NCBI RefSeq assembly: GCF_040938485.1
Contig: NW_027272128.1
Coordinates: 248,001-312,000, forward strand
Direction of reading: 5' to 3'
DNA: 64,000 nucleotides
Source: Diadema antillarum
Lineage: Eukaryota
The position numbers were made by a program, and so were the translations under genes. Numbering within the stretch: position 1 is the stretch's first letter; each line of letters opens with the position of its first letter. Of this stretch, positions 1-13,653 are shown piece by piece. The notes below the pieces were generated by a model. That model did no database searches and was not told the origin of the DNA. It was given only the letters and a program-made list of their open reading frames with translations.

Positions 1-1193
1 GTGGGCTAAATTTCTTCACTTTCAATTATGATCTCACAAATTTGGCATGACACAATTTTCTCAAAAACTTCTTTCACAGTATCGTTTCAGTAACAGGATG
101 AACAAGAACGTATCCTTTAACACAGCTCTTCAATTGAAATAAATATATCAAATTATGAATATCAAATATCAATATCAAATATGATCTCACATAAATCATT
201 TGGCAAGACACAATTTTCTCAAGAGTTTCAGTAACAGCAATGCCAGAACACTGGTCCTTGTATCCGCTGCTAGCACGGCCATCACTGCACGCAGACGCCA
301 TGACTATGGCCGTTGCGCTGGCGTAATGCTAGCATTCGTGCTTATAATTACGTAGCGTAGTGTACGTGTAATAATCAATTGCAGACAAAGTTGCCAGTCT
401 ACTACCCCGTAAATAAATAATGAATACAAAATGAAATAAGAAAATCATTTAAATGAAATATTTTTAATGATAACATTAGAAATCCATGTAAATATTTTAT
501 TGATCTAAGAAATAAATTCCAATTTATTATTTAATTTGAACCTTTTTCTTTCACATTTCATCTCTTACTATCGACCATTCGCGCACGCGTAGATTATAAA
601 GATGGCAGCCCCCATGATCAAATTTTGAAGAAATAGTTGATTTTGGGGTGAATTTTCTGGGCTTTCAGTGATTTTTTTTTTTCTGAAAATAAAAGTTACG
701 GTAGATGATGTTTACGATGTTTACAATACGGTGTGGTGCTAGAAATTACTTCGAAAAACACCTATGGTGCTAGTTCATTGCGACGACTTTGCCATATCCG
801 AATTCGGAATCCGCGTATCTGAATTCGGATACGCATTATAAATAATGGGCATGAAATGGCGCTATACAACGCGGTACCCCGGGTTACAACTGTACCCCGG
901 TGTACGGTGTGCCGAATCATATATGAATTCAAAGAGACACGAGGGTAATTGTTTTAGATAAATCAATCAATATTGAGAAAGTATGGGCCACATGAATGCC
1001 ATTAGCCATGTCATATAGTGTCCTGTTTGACAGCATCTACAATACTTCCTCTTTGAACACAGCTGTTCACTAAATGTATTTGCTAGTGTGACATCTTGTC
1101 CTTTCCCAGATATCATGAGCAAACATTGAAATAAACCCACACATGTGCATATACACACTTACAAACACACAAAAACACACACGCAACCTTTAC

Positions 1194-4100
1194 CTTGCTG
1201 TATCTGCCTCTCCACAGCCACAGTGATGCTTTCAGCCAATCGGATTTCAGCCTTCTTCCCCAGGGCCGTCTCTGCCGGGTCAAACACCTCTCCCCTGGGA
1301 AGGGCCCCGCCTCCTGGGGCTGCACCACTGACAACCGACTTGGCAGCGGCTTGGGCGATCATGTCTTGGAGGCGTGGCCTCTTGCGCTGCTGACCTACGA
1401 CCTTTTTCTTCAGAGGTCTCTTCACAGCATGCCCCAATTGCTCTGCTACTTTCCGTGCTCTAGAAGAATGAAGTATTTCAGAAAGCAGAAACGTACAAAT
1501 AAAGGGTGATTACATTGCCAGAACTACAAAAATGAAGCTAGCAAGGGGCCATGAGAATAAAGAGACTATAGCAGATACAAAATATTGCAACTAAAAGTGT
1601 ATTGATAATCACCACATTCAGACTGTTCCTTACATTGTCAAGAATGCATAGAAGTATTGATGCTACAAATATCACTTCCATTTCTTCAGTACAACAGCCA
1701 CATACAGGAAAGGCAATATGACTATTCATTTAAAATGGCAAATGTGAAGAGACTGTAGAACAAAAAGACAATATATTGACTGACTCAAAGGAAGAACACT
1801 CTTATAGCTCTTATCCTGGTTACAAAAAAAAGCAGGATGGATGATTCTCAATGTAGCATGTATACAACCTAGTTTTGTGCACTACAATACTAGTATATTT
1901 CTATATCATCATGTGATATTGCATGGTTTCATAGATTTTTCTAAGCACATTGAAAAATTAGTGGTGTTCACATCATGTACATCATTCACTGTCATGCCAA
2001 TGTGTAACTCTCTTCATGTTGTATCTTGCAATTACAGAATCAGCCAGATTGTCTCGATTTTATGCTCAATTCTTTCGTGTGGGTAAATCTTTCCACAGAT
2101 CCCATTCTACACAAGTCAATGTGGCATTCTGAGAGACAAAACCTCTTGTATCCCAGTTTCTTCTTTTATATATCTCCTAAAACAATGCTGCACACTGGCA
2201 CTGGTCCGACGGTCCAAGACAGGTAAAAATCACTGTCGGACAAGCAATTTTTTGGGGACTGCTAAGTCTACTGGTCCGAAATAACAGGTAAAATAACAGA
2301 AATTACATTGTCGGGGCCAGTTGAAAAAAAGCAGAAGACCAGTAGGAAAAATAGGTTAGTGTGCAGCCCTGTCTAAAAGTACAGTGGACTCCCATTATAA
2401 CAAAGTCCGCGGGACCGGCAGTTTCCTTTCGTTATATCGAAATTTCGTTGTAACCGAACAAATAAACAATAAAAATACATAGAGTTGATAATGTTCCAGT
2501 CTGAATTTTTGCTTCGTTGTAACCGGAATTTCGTTATAACCATGTCCGTTATAACGGGAGTGCACTGTAATGACATCTTAGACATCGCATTCCATGACAT
2601 ACTGTTCTCTTGTCTCCTCATCACTCTCCAGTTCTGATTCCTCGCTAGAGCTGGCTACTTCCATTTCCACGGGGGTGGCATCTTCAGGTTCTGGAGGGGC
2701 AATCACCTCATCATCGTCCTGCAAGTTTGTCGAAGATGTGGGAGATAATAACATCTGCTTTTAAGTCTGAATTAGCAGCACAAATGCAATCATGTGACAA
2801 AGATATTCTATTTCATATTGCTGCCTGGAAACAGGTGTTGTGAAATATGATGTAAAGAGCTGACGTTCCTCTTCCTGATATTCAGTGCAAAATGAAAACA
2901 AAAACAACAACAAAACAAAAACAAAAACAAATTCAGGAGTAACCAAAGGAGAGTAGACAAAAAAAAAAAAAAAAAAATGGGACAAGAGCTCACCAAGGGT
3001 GGAGCTGGAGTAAGGGGTCCGAACGGGGCTGGGAGATTCATCTTATTCATGAGGTGGAGTGTCTGCACATAGAACTTGGGAACGGAGGCAAGAGCATTGA
3101 CGATATTACTCAGGATACTGACGGTCGGAGGCGGGTAGTGGTACTTGAGTCTCGGGTTGATGGGATGAGAGATACTAAAACAAAGAGTAGAAGTATTGAG
3201 ATACATTAAAAAAAAAGTTGGCCACAATAATTCTTACAAAGATCATGCCTACTGCTATTACGGTCATTATTTTCATGCAAATCACTCTCCTACAAGTGTA
3301 ACCTGCCTGCTGTCTCATGTGTTTCAGTGTTTGAAAACTGCAAAGTTTCACTTCTCTGTTCTGTTCATCTCCAGTTCAAATATGAGCATGGTAGAACAAA
3401 AGAAAAAAATTGCTTCTTAATCTGATATCTTAACTACATGTTCGAATGAATGAACTGATGATTTCATATCACTTTTCTGGTTTAAATTTTTTGAATGTTG
3501 CTGTCATAGAAAGGTCTATGAATTTTGCTTGTGAATACCTATAAGGACACATTTTTAAAAGCTTAATTTACTTCATATATTCAACAATTCATTGCTACAT
3601 GTTCAATGTTGCCATGATCCCCATTCATACTGTTGTTTGTTTGTTTCTGTGGGGCAAATACAGTGCACCCCCGTTATGACGAAATTCAGGTTACAACAAA
3701 GTAAAAATTCACGCCGCAACGTTATCCACACTATGTGTCTTTATTGTTTATTTGTTCGGTTATAACGTAATTTCAATGTAATGAAAGAAAACTGCCAGTC
3801 CCCAGAACCTCATTATAAGGGTAGTCCACTGTACCCCTTCAATATCTCTTAACTTACTCACCCTAAATCAGGAGAAAGTCCCATCTTCTTGACTGCCCGC
3901 TGTCTGTGTAGCTCCTCTGCATTAAAAGACTTGGTTTCCTTTTCTGCTATTTTACCTTTTCTGTCCTCTACTGAACCTTGGAGAGAGCTTGGGATTAAAA
4001 ACAAATGAAGAAAGTCAATGAATGAAATGGCTTATGCTTGGGCATGTAGTAGTATCAGCTTTAATGAACGAGCATACAATACCCATTTTGGACAGTAACT

Positions 4101-7100
4101 TTCAACAATTTAGAATTGTAGCTTAGTTGATGGTCCGTACAAGACCTGTAGCTCTCATCAGTAAGAAAACAGCCAAAAGTTACGCGCTGGCTTCTTTTCC
4201 ATCCAAAAACCCAGGATTATCTGGCACTGTAATGTAGTGCCAAGTCTGCTGCTTGGCTGTAAGAGGTGGGCCTAGGCGTGCTGCTAAGAACAGGAAACTA
4301 AAACTCTGGGTTCATGGTCAATGTGACTAAATGGTCTTCATGACGTCTTTTAAGTCTGCTCTCACCGAACCAAGAGGTTGGAACATTGCTGATTCATTTA
4401 CACACAAACAAAATGAGAAAAGAAAAAGACAACAGTGTGACAATGGCTTTTGTCACGTCACATGAAAAAATCTGACTTTGTTATATGAAGGCAGACAATG
4501 CAACTTCCTCCAAGAGAATTGTATCAGTGATAACATTTTTGAAGTCAAGTGCACATGATTTATGCATTGTTTGAGAAATGAAATTTCTACTCTGAATACA
4601 GTTGCCAAATTGAAACGAGTTGCCAAACTTACAATGGAATCATAGTCAGACATTATTCATAATTTTTGCAATAGTCATGACGGGCTTCCATGGCTGATCC
4701 ACAACAATCAACTGTGCTAACATGTACAAATCCAGAACAGTACATTTTCCATACATTAACTTGAAAACTGAGAGTTGAATTTTTTCTTCTTCTTCTGTTT
4801 TAGTATGGTATTGTATATCTCAATAATTTCAGTCTTTTCAGTTTGGATTTTTCCTTCTTTTTTTTTTTTTTGCTTCTTTGTTTTGAAAACAGTGCTTCCA
4901 TTTCTGACAAGCTCCACATCCCAATTATAAAAGACAGTTTTTCTCTTTTTTATTTACTGTCACATTCACTGGAAGTATATGCAATTACAGTGCACTCCCG
5001 GTATAACAAACACGGTTATAACGAAATTCCGGTTACAACGAAGTAAAAATCCAGGCTGCAACATTATCCACTATATTATTTTTATTGTTTATTTGTTAGG
5101 TTATAACTAAATTTCGATATAACAAAAGAAAATTGCCAGTCCCGAGGACTTTGTTATAACGGGAATCCACTGTACAGACACATAAAAGCAAAGTTGTCTT
5201 ACCATGATGACCTGCTGCTCAGGTCTGGTGTGGCCAAAGCAACCTGTCTCCTTGTTTTTGCATACTCTACAGTCAGGGATTGCCCAAGTACATCTAGTTG
5301 ATGGAGGCGGTGCAAGGCCTGCAAAATGAGAGAATATTGAATGTTTACAATATTGCAACACCCCAGCGGATCAGTTGAAAGTTCTGTTGATTGCAAATCA
5401 AAATCTACAAACAACTGTGTAATCCTGAGAGGAATAACACCAAGAACTACATTGCATTGACCCATGTATCACAGGGGGAAATACAATGCAGCACTGTCTC
5501 CTTAGCCGTCTTCTTCTCCTGCTGACAGAAGGCAGCAGCAGCTAATTTCGAGGCAGTTTTTACTTGCACCCTGTAAATTATTGGTACATGCACCCTACCC
5601 TTACAACACACACTGTACCAAGTTCTGCAAGAATCTACAAGGTTGATGGAAGCAGACTACCAACGAGACGAAGAGAAGACAACATCATCTTACACAGATG
5701 TACATTTAGCCTACCTAGATACTGTGCGAACAACTTTGTGACAGGATCATGTATGCTTAAAGGGACTGTACAGTACTGGTTGAGGTGAGGGTTCAGGTTT
5801 ATAACTTTTTTTGGTGAGATAATGAGAAATCTCTTATGAAATATGAAAGAGCATGTAATATCAAGACTTCCACATAATTTATTTGATGAAAATTGGCCAT
5901 GAAATAGCTGAGATATCCAAAAAAGTGATCCTAATAAAATTGACAGGCCACGACTTTTATTAGGATCTCTTTGTTTTACCTTGTTTTTAGATAGCTCAGT
6001 TACTTCAAAACCGATTTTCATCATATAAACTTTTAATTCCCCTTAGAATTGTATGCTCTCTAACATTTCATAGAGTGGTTTCTAAATATCTCGCAAAACG
6101 TTACAAGGTGAATCCTCACCTCAACCAGTACTGTACAGCCCCTTTAATGTACACTGTTCCACCTTTATCAATACATTGCTGTCTGTGCGGTTGTCACTCA
6201 AAACTTGAAGAAAAAAAACAAACAGCCTTATGCACACTTTACCCACAGATATTTTTTAAAACAAAATATAAAGAGTTTTAGAAAATTTCTGACACCTGTC
6301 ATCTTTGAGTTCGAGAAGTATGATTATTTACTGTGGTCTGTCACTGGAATGCTCTCCCTGCTGAAGTTGTGTCAGCCTAATCCACCAATTCAGTTCTCCA
6401 AATACCTCCTCTTGTCTGTTACCTCTGCTAAATACATCAAAATGTTTGTCTTTTTTTTGCACCATATTTTTGTTTTGTTTTTGTTCAGTTTTTTTTTCTG
6501 TATTCTATTTTATTTATTTATCTTCTTTTTTTTCTTTTCTTTTTTTTTTTTTTTTTTGGGGGGGGGGGGCGGTGTTAACACTGCATTCTTTGTTCAAAAT
6601 GTTTCAAAAACCGTGCACCACTGCACTGGCACCTCACGTCACTGAACTCAGCAGTACCACGAAAAAAAAAATACAGATTTAAAAAATCTCAACAAAAATA
6701 TGGTGCAAATAAAAAAAAAGACAAACAAGCACAATGTAAGATAATTAAATCAATGATGGGTCTCAAGTCACCTGTGTTGCAGCGTCATGATCTGTGAATG
6801 TGGCAAAGGCTGTGTGTTTCTGAAAAAAAAAGGTGAAAATAGTCCACGTTTATTTAAAGATACATTATCCAAACATTTTGAGTAATGTCCCTCCTACCGT
6901 GACCTATGAACCAAAGTTGAGTGTAACTATACACAGCCCAGTCGCTGTACATGGTACGTCGCGACTGCATAGCGTAACAGTGTCTGGTCGGGCTAAGTTG
7001 AGTGTTGCTCTACCAGGGCTGATCAACGTACACCATCAAGATCAAGATCAAGTAAAATATTCAATTAAATTTAATCTTAGGCCTAAGCTAGTCTAGAATT

Positions 7101-7856
7101 AAAGAAACGTCGGGTAAGTAACTAAAACTGTTAGGGCCTAACACTAACAGTAACAAGTTAGGCCCTAGATTCTAATTTCTAAGCCCGGGTTACATGAAGA
7201 TAAAAATAATTTAGGGCCTGAGAAAAGAGAATTGGACTTGTTGTACTATTAGTTGTAGACAGAAAGATCCGTCTGTTCGGAGGAGTCTTTTATTCATTTA
7301 TTTATTTATTTTTTTTTTGACGTTATCGCTCACCTCCGTAGAAGGAGGGATCCGTGAAGCCAGACGTCTCCGCGGAACATTTCCCCGACGACCAGACACT
7401 AGACAGGACAGACCGATTGCCTTCGGTCAACATATTATTAGTTGTAGCTCTGTCCTATCACTTGTGAGTCTGCAACTATAAATTCAAGTTTTCTAGTCGA
7501 GTTGAGGTAGCACCGAAAATTTACAAATGTAAACAAATTAAATACCATCAATTTATAATTTTGATAGAGTTCTACAGCCTACCATTACAGTCTTTACAGA
7601 CGTCAATGCACACCACACCACAGGCCACAGCTCCTTGAACAAAATGTGTGCAAGGAAACATAAAAATAAACATGTGGGACTACAACAACGAAGACCGACC
7701 GCACGAAAAGCTTACCATTCGTCCTCGATCTGCCATGCATTTCACACTCACTGCACCAAAGTGCTTCAACAATTCCTCTTTATCCGACGCATTTAATGAC
7801 ATTGGTAAATGTCTAACTATGAGAACATTGCTTTGAAAGTTGCGATCGGAGGCCAT
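1194..7856 (-). CDS. RNPC3: RNA-binding region-containing protein 3 (U11/U12 snRNP 65K), 3'-partial
   Basis: Frame-consistent GT-AG exons: 7856-7716, 6819-6772, 5318-5203, 3987-3862, 3174-2994, 2754-2603, 1459-1194. Translation MASDRNFQSNVLIVRHLPMSLNASDKEELLKHFGAVSVKCMADRGRM-KHTAFATFTDHDAATQ-ALHRLHQLDVLGQSLTVEYAK...LKYHYPPPTVSILSNIVNALASVPKFYVQTLHLMNKMNLPAPFGP...SSEESELESDEE matches, from recall, the RRM1 and conserved mid-region of RNPC3. The second RRM was not found, so it should lie left of base 1. Confidence 0.93.
2382..2567. mobile_element. Tc1/mariner(pogo)-type MITE, copy 1
   Basis: TA|CAGTGGACTCCCATTATAAC ... GTTATAACGGGAGTGCACTG|TA: terminal inverted repeats with TA duplication; inverted relative to the copies at 3661 and 4988. 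Confidence 0.75.
3661..3831. mobile_element. Tc1/mariner(pogo)-type MITE, copy 2
   Basis: TA|CAGTGCACCCCCGTTATGAC ... CATTATAAGGGTAGTCCACTG|TA; internal sequence shared with copy 3. Confidence 0.72.
4988..5172. mobile_element. Tc1/mariner(pogo)-type MITE, copy 3
   Basis: TA|CAGTGCACTCCCGGTATAAC ... GTTATAACGGGAATCCACTG|TA. Confidence 0.75.
5761..6143. mobile_element. Non-autonomous DNA transposon with TTAA target (Kolobok-like)
   Basis: TTAA|AGGGACTGTACAGTACTGGTTGAGGTGAGG ... CCTCACCTCAACCAGTACTGTACAGCCCCT|TTAA: about 30-bp TIR. AGG..CCT termini fit Kolobok better than piggyBac (CCY). Confidence 0.72.
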
Positions 7857-7945
7857 ATTTGAACGAGGATCTACTACTAATACTAGCTTGTCTCCGAGTT
7901 TGCACAGCCCGCGACCAGATGATGGTATCCTCAAAACGAGCAACA

Positions 7946-8141
7946 NNNNNNNNNNNNNNNNNNNNNNNNNNNNNNNNNNNNNNNNNNNNNNNNNNNNNNN
8001 NNNNNNNNNNNNNNNNNNNNNNNNNNNNNNNNNNNNNNNNNNNNNNNNNNNNNNNNNNNNNNNNNNNNNNNNNNNNNNNNNNNNNNNNNNNNNNNNNNNN
8101 NNNNNNNNNNNNNNNNNNNNNNNNNNNNNNNNNNNNNNNNN
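7946..8141. other. Assembly gap
   Basis: Run of N, 90 nt upstream of the RNPC3 ATG. Confidence 0.99.
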
Positions 8142-9379
8142 ATATGAAGAATCAATAAAGGCACGTCGAATGTGTGAAAAACCTTGATCGACACTGATCC
8201 TTGATCCGAACGACCTTTTAGAGATGGTAATAATGTGGCATGCCTGAGAAAAGAGTCTGTAAATATTGCAATGTTAATTGTACTGTAAACCTAGAATCCG
8301 CCATGATTTTACTTTCATTCGTGCAAAACTGGGTTTTAGATGGAAATTAACTTTGTGAAGTCGGGTAAAAATTTGGTCAAAATTTCTACTTTTAAACTTA
8401 AAAAAAACTTTGAAAAGAAGAAATACTCCTCATTTCTGTAAAGTGACATTAAAGTGATTATCGGTACAAAACATACTGTTGTTTGATCAAGATACTAGTG
8501 CAATCCGACATATTTGCCTCTGGTAGTTGTCTTCAAGAGCTTTATTCTATTAAGAGTGCTTGGTATGGTCGGGTAAGAGTTTACTCAGCATATCTAATTT
8601 TCACTTTTGTACATAATTTATCTGAGAGAAAAATATTGAATTTGTGAATGATATACATGTAAGTTTCATTATGGAGCGATTAAAGCGAAACAAGGGAATT
8701 TGAAATTGAAGATTCTCCGGGCTTTTCGCATTTCCATACGTTGTTACATTCTGGCATCCGCACAGTTTTGGAAAGCTCCCAACTAGAGATTTAGGGAGAC
8801 GAAAACATTAGATAAAAGCTTTCAAAATTCAGAACTGCTAAATGGATTGCGTTTGTCATTTCCATCAACAAACAGTACTTGTCCTTCATAATCATACGGA
8901 CGGTAAATAGTTAGGCCCGAGATTGCTGACGAATATTATCCAAGCTCGTATGAAAGTAGTGACACTTATCTCGTTGCGTGTCCGGCCGTCTCTTTCCCAT
9001 TTTTTCAGCGCCGTTGTATTCGAAAAGTCCCTTCCGTCGCACCTCTCTATGAATTCCCAGATGTTGTGGCTGGTAGGTATCATGTCGTATGCTATCCTAC
9101 ATGCTATAGGCCTATAGCTGTCAAACCTATCTTCCACAAAAATGATGCTCTGAACGTGTTACAGTTTCATTCTCTCCATGTCACCTTTTTTGGTCATCGC
9201 GTATAATGGCATTCGAACAGTCTATAGCAGCGGTGTGACAATACCAAAGCGATTATCTCTTGGAACAATGCACATCGACATCACGACCATTTTCTACCTC
9301 ACTCGTCAATCTACCGGGTATCATGATTCTCATACGCAGGGCAGTGGGCGGCTCTTTATATCAGACGCACAACTTTCGA

Positions 9380-9416
9380 CCAATCAAGCACGACCAATCA
9401 TGGTGTTATGACGTAA
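9380..9416 (+). promoter_or_regulatory. Candidate promoter: two CCAAT boxes plus a CRE-like site
   Basis: GACCAATCA twice (CCAAT at 9380 and 9394) and TGACGTAA at 9409-9416, in a CpG-containing patch upstream of the plus-strand orphan gene. Confidence 0.35.
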
Positions 9417-11086
9417 CAAAATGTTACGCGTTGCCAGCCGCGCCATGTCTGTTGTCCGTCTCAACTAGAAAGTCAAACACGTAGCAATAGCACTGAGAAC
9501 ACAGCTGTTATTCATGATCTTATGAATGTAGAGCCTACTCCGTCTAGCAAAGTTGTTGATACCAAGGGAAATAGAGTTAAAATGGGGAATTCTCTCACAA
9601 AACTTGAGCGACGATATACTATGTCAAAGTTATGTTGTCGACGACAAAGTAAGTATAATCTGCTTCAATATTTCCAATGCAATATCAGGGGATCTTCACA
9701 CTTGGTAGTTTGGTACAGATGTTTGTGTATAGCCAGGCATATACTGTACTGTACATCAGAAATCCTCGTTCACTGATGTGAACATCACATTTTGGCTAAT
9801 ACACTTGTATAACGCTTTCCTATTTTCGTAGTAGGCCTATGCATGCCACGTTTAACTTTCTGACGACATGTAGGGCCTATGTTTGCACTGTAGGCCTTAT
9901 ATAGGTTTTCCCGGCCAACTTCGGTTTTCCCGGCCAACTTCGTATACTTTATTTCAAGCCAAATCACGAAACATTTCATTCACTTTATGGGGAGAATTCG
10001 GATGATCAACGACAGTAAAGTGAATCTCTAGAACATGAACTCTTGTTAACAGCTTCGAAAAAAAAAATCATCAGGCTGGGCGCAGAGACCAAGACTTTCT
10101 AAAGAAGATATCCTATCTTGATGACAAACAACGCTAATATCGTCAACATTTCCTCATTTGGGGAGTTGGTAGTGATTTTGCGACCAACAACAGCAACAAA
10201 ATGATTTATTTCCTTTTCTCGATTAAGAAGAAACTCGCACTTTTTTTAGGGATCTACTGAATCTATGCACTAAACAATTACGTCCACTGATGGGTGACAC
10301 TAGTTAAATGTGTACATTTAGTGGACTATGGTCACGATCAGCTTGAGATGCGATTTCCATGTTTTCTTCATTTTCTGTGTCCTGTTAATCATACTTTGAA
10401 GCTACGATTAGAACAGATAAAGATATAAAAAAGACCTTAATTGAAACGAGTGGAAGAAATATGAGGAACTGTTCTTCATGTAACATATAATTGGCAGTCA
10501 TAGCTGACCAGCTGAGAACAAAAGAAATGACAATATACAAAAGGACATGTTCTTTATCGAATCTTCATTGCCACTGGTTTTCAATATGCAACTTTTTAGT
10601 TTAGACCTTATCCAATAGTTTAATGCATTTTTCCTTCTAATGGCATTATCATTACAAGTATATAGGGTATAATTTCAGAAATGTAATAGATTCATTTTTG
10701 TGATACTGACAAGCATGTATTGATTATCACTAAGAGAAGGGAGAAATAAGCAATCGAACTCAGATTTCCCAACTTGTTTTTGAGAATTGCAGATAGATAC
10801 GGTGTGTATGTCCCATGTCCCATCCCTTTCGTTTAAATTATTTATTTTACGTATAATTCAACCAGGAGGTTTTATTTCATCGTGTAATCTGAATGGGTCA
10901 TTGTTGCGCGAGCACTCGGCAACACTGCGAACTTGCTGTTCAACAATCAGTATCCGTATCATGTTTGATACTTCCCACTTTAATCTTACAAATTTCTGTG
11001 TTGACTTCACAGCTGAACATAGGAGGAAAAGATATCAACCTTCAAAAGTGCTGGTTGGTTACTCAATAATTCTGGCACGTGCTGTT

Positions 11087-13653
11087 ATGTCTGGGTAAGA
11101 ATCCCATGATAGATTATTTATCTCGCTATCATACACTTTCTCTCACTGCAAGTGTGACGATGAGCTACAGTATGTTGTCTATGTTTGATGAACAATGAAA
11201 CATATAATATGTAATATAGCTCTCAAGTTGTATAATAGCTTTGAAACAACTATAGAAACAAAACACAAGAGTCTGTTTCATTACGTCTCCCCTTGTCCTG
11301 TGTGTTATGACAACAGTAATAGTGGATCAGGAGTAATTCTTGAACTACAATTTCAGCATTGAGAGAAGATTAACGTATCCGCCCAGTTTAAAATTGTCTT
11401 TATGACGTAAGGAAACGTAGCATGATGTATCAACTTACATTTCTCACCCTGAGCTTTACAATACACTCTATCTGTCATGGCGCTTTGTTTTATCACATGT
11501 ATTAGGATGTTGCATATCACGTCTGTAGCTTAAACTAAATTCAGACATACTCGTTCCATCCACTTTTCTTTATGATGACGCGTTTTAATACAAGGTAGAA
11601 ATGATATGAGGAATTTATGATGATTATATACGTTTGTTCTTGGTCAAGGATTTTGTTGATAAGTGATGAGATGAGATAATGAATACCGCTTGTTGGATTT
11701 ATGTCTCTTCACAGACTAACTCAAGATACAGATGATTATTCTCAGGTAAGATGTGCCGCAGACCTATCTACACCTGATTTGGATCTACTGAAATATGTTT
11801 GAACGCGCAGACTATACAGTGTGCTCTTTATGCATGTCTAACATAATCATGATGAACATGACCAGCTGCAACTCGTTTGGAAGCCCCAAGTTCTTGAAGG
11901 AAAGAAATGTTTAATCTCGGCAGTTGAAAAGGAGAATGTTCTGAGAATAAAACTGTTCTTCAAAATATTGTGTTTAAGAACAATTAACAAAGCAAAATCT
12001 TAACAACGCGTCTTTAGATTTAGTTTCCTTCAGGTTTCTGCTTCTTTATCACACTCAATCATAGCTTAAATTCTGAAATTTGACATCGGAGTTTAAAGTA
12101 CAATGGGAGCTATACAAGGCGATATCTGTTTTCAGCAACCTGTTTTTTTTTTTTTACTCATTTTTTTTTTCTTTTTAACGAGAAGAGTCACATATGGATT
12201 GGATATCAATAACTTCGTATTTTGTTTTGTTTCAGTGTTATGTGATTAGCCGTTGATTGTGGCTTGACAACAATCGTTCAGGTTGATCATTAATGTTTTT
12301 GATATCCTTCCCATAAAAAAACAACAACAATGGTACTTTGTCCACTGAAACTCACGAGTGACTGAGTCATTCAAATCGAACTAACAATTCATTCTCTTAT
12401 CATGGCGCTCTTATAATGATTGAGGTCTGAGGGAAATATTGAAGCAAAATGATTACTCCATTTTACAGGATGACGATACATCCAGCTATATGCAGATGAA
12501 CGTCCAACCTTTCTACACTCATACCGACCACGCTGACCTCACGCTTGCAAAACGCAGTCCACACGTCGAAGTCCTGGTGGACGCCGTGAATGAGCTAGGT
12601 AAGGAGATCGCAATCGCGACACCAATAAGGGGCGATATGAACTGTCTCCATGACAGACGATGTCCAGAAGACTCGAGATTTGATATCGCAGACAAATTTG
12701 TATCCACTCCCGTTTGCAATGTGACAACTTCAACTAGGAGAAACCACGCAGCAGTTCCGACTTCATTCCAATACCCGAATGCTAACATTCCAGCTGGTCC
12801 AAAGGAGTACATTACTCCGCCCAGTGGCATTGCCTGTGCATTTTTTCACACCAATTCGGCAATGTCTCCGCCACGTGCTTTCACATTGAAAGAACTGAAG
12901 AGCATCGAGAGCCTTGCTAGAGAGTTGTTGGCGGCTGGGAAACCAATCCCATTTCCGCCACCAGTTCCACCACACCTGCTCTTCGCCAGGACACCACATG
13001 GAAGGATTCAGCCGTCGTCTCCACCAGCACAATCACCACTTCCCTGGACGCCTATGTGCGTTTCACAGGCTAGTCCTCTAATCAACTCCTCGACATCGAT
13101 ATCGGGATGCGCCCATGCTGTCACGTCGCAAACCACTCCTGAGTTGGCCCCGAACAACCACAACAAGATGTCAAAGCAGCTGGAGCCATCCAGGAATGAA
13201 GTCCGGTCGGCAGGTGATGTCCGTACCGACGAGTCCTCAGATCATCAACATCAACAGAATAATCAGGTTTGTGCTATTCTCTAAATGATCTCTTCAGACG
13301 CAGAACGGCTTACACGTCACTGAAGACGAACAGGAATTAACGTCTCTTTGACAATCACCAGCCCACAATCGACAGATCTAATGACAGAGGAATGTAAGGT
13401 TTCTTCCTCATAGTGTTTTACAATTTTCTGCGATGCAGGGGAATAGTGCAAAGAGCTTTCATGCGTTTCCGTTCCTCTGAAGTGAAAATATGGGAAGTTA
13501 CAATCATAAATCACTTATAAGGAACGAGACAATCATCGAGTTGCTACGTATATTGTTTTATTGGTGATAAACGTAAAACACACGTAAAGATAATGATAAA
13601 AAAAAACCGATGGCAATGTCACCACCAGATATGGTTTTCTACAGTTGCACTAA
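11087..13653 (+). CDS. Uncharacterised Pro/Ser-rich protein (about 280 aa)
   Basis: ATG TCT GG|GTAAGA (11087-11094), a 31-nt exon 11715-11745 (ACAG|...CAG|GTAAG) and a 798-nt exon 12469-13266 (TTTTACAG|) join in frame: MSGLTQDTDDYSQDDDTSSYMQMNVQPFY... The last exon is uncertain: either 13645 (TTG CAC TAA) or read-through to the stop at 13284. The start may lie further upstream, since the exon beginning at 11013 is open in frame. Confidence 0.6.

Noticed and set aside
110-121. U12-type motif GTATCCTTTAAC near RNPC3 (possible USSE autoregulatory element)
   Set aside because: It is on the strand opposite RNPC3 and is a single copy, whereas a USSE needs tandem sense-strand motifs. All modelled introns look U2-type.
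1-960. Repeat-like sequence with a short imperfect duplication (about 40-115 versus 195-265)
   Set aside because: Probably a transposon remnant, but no termini, TSD or ORF could be defined.
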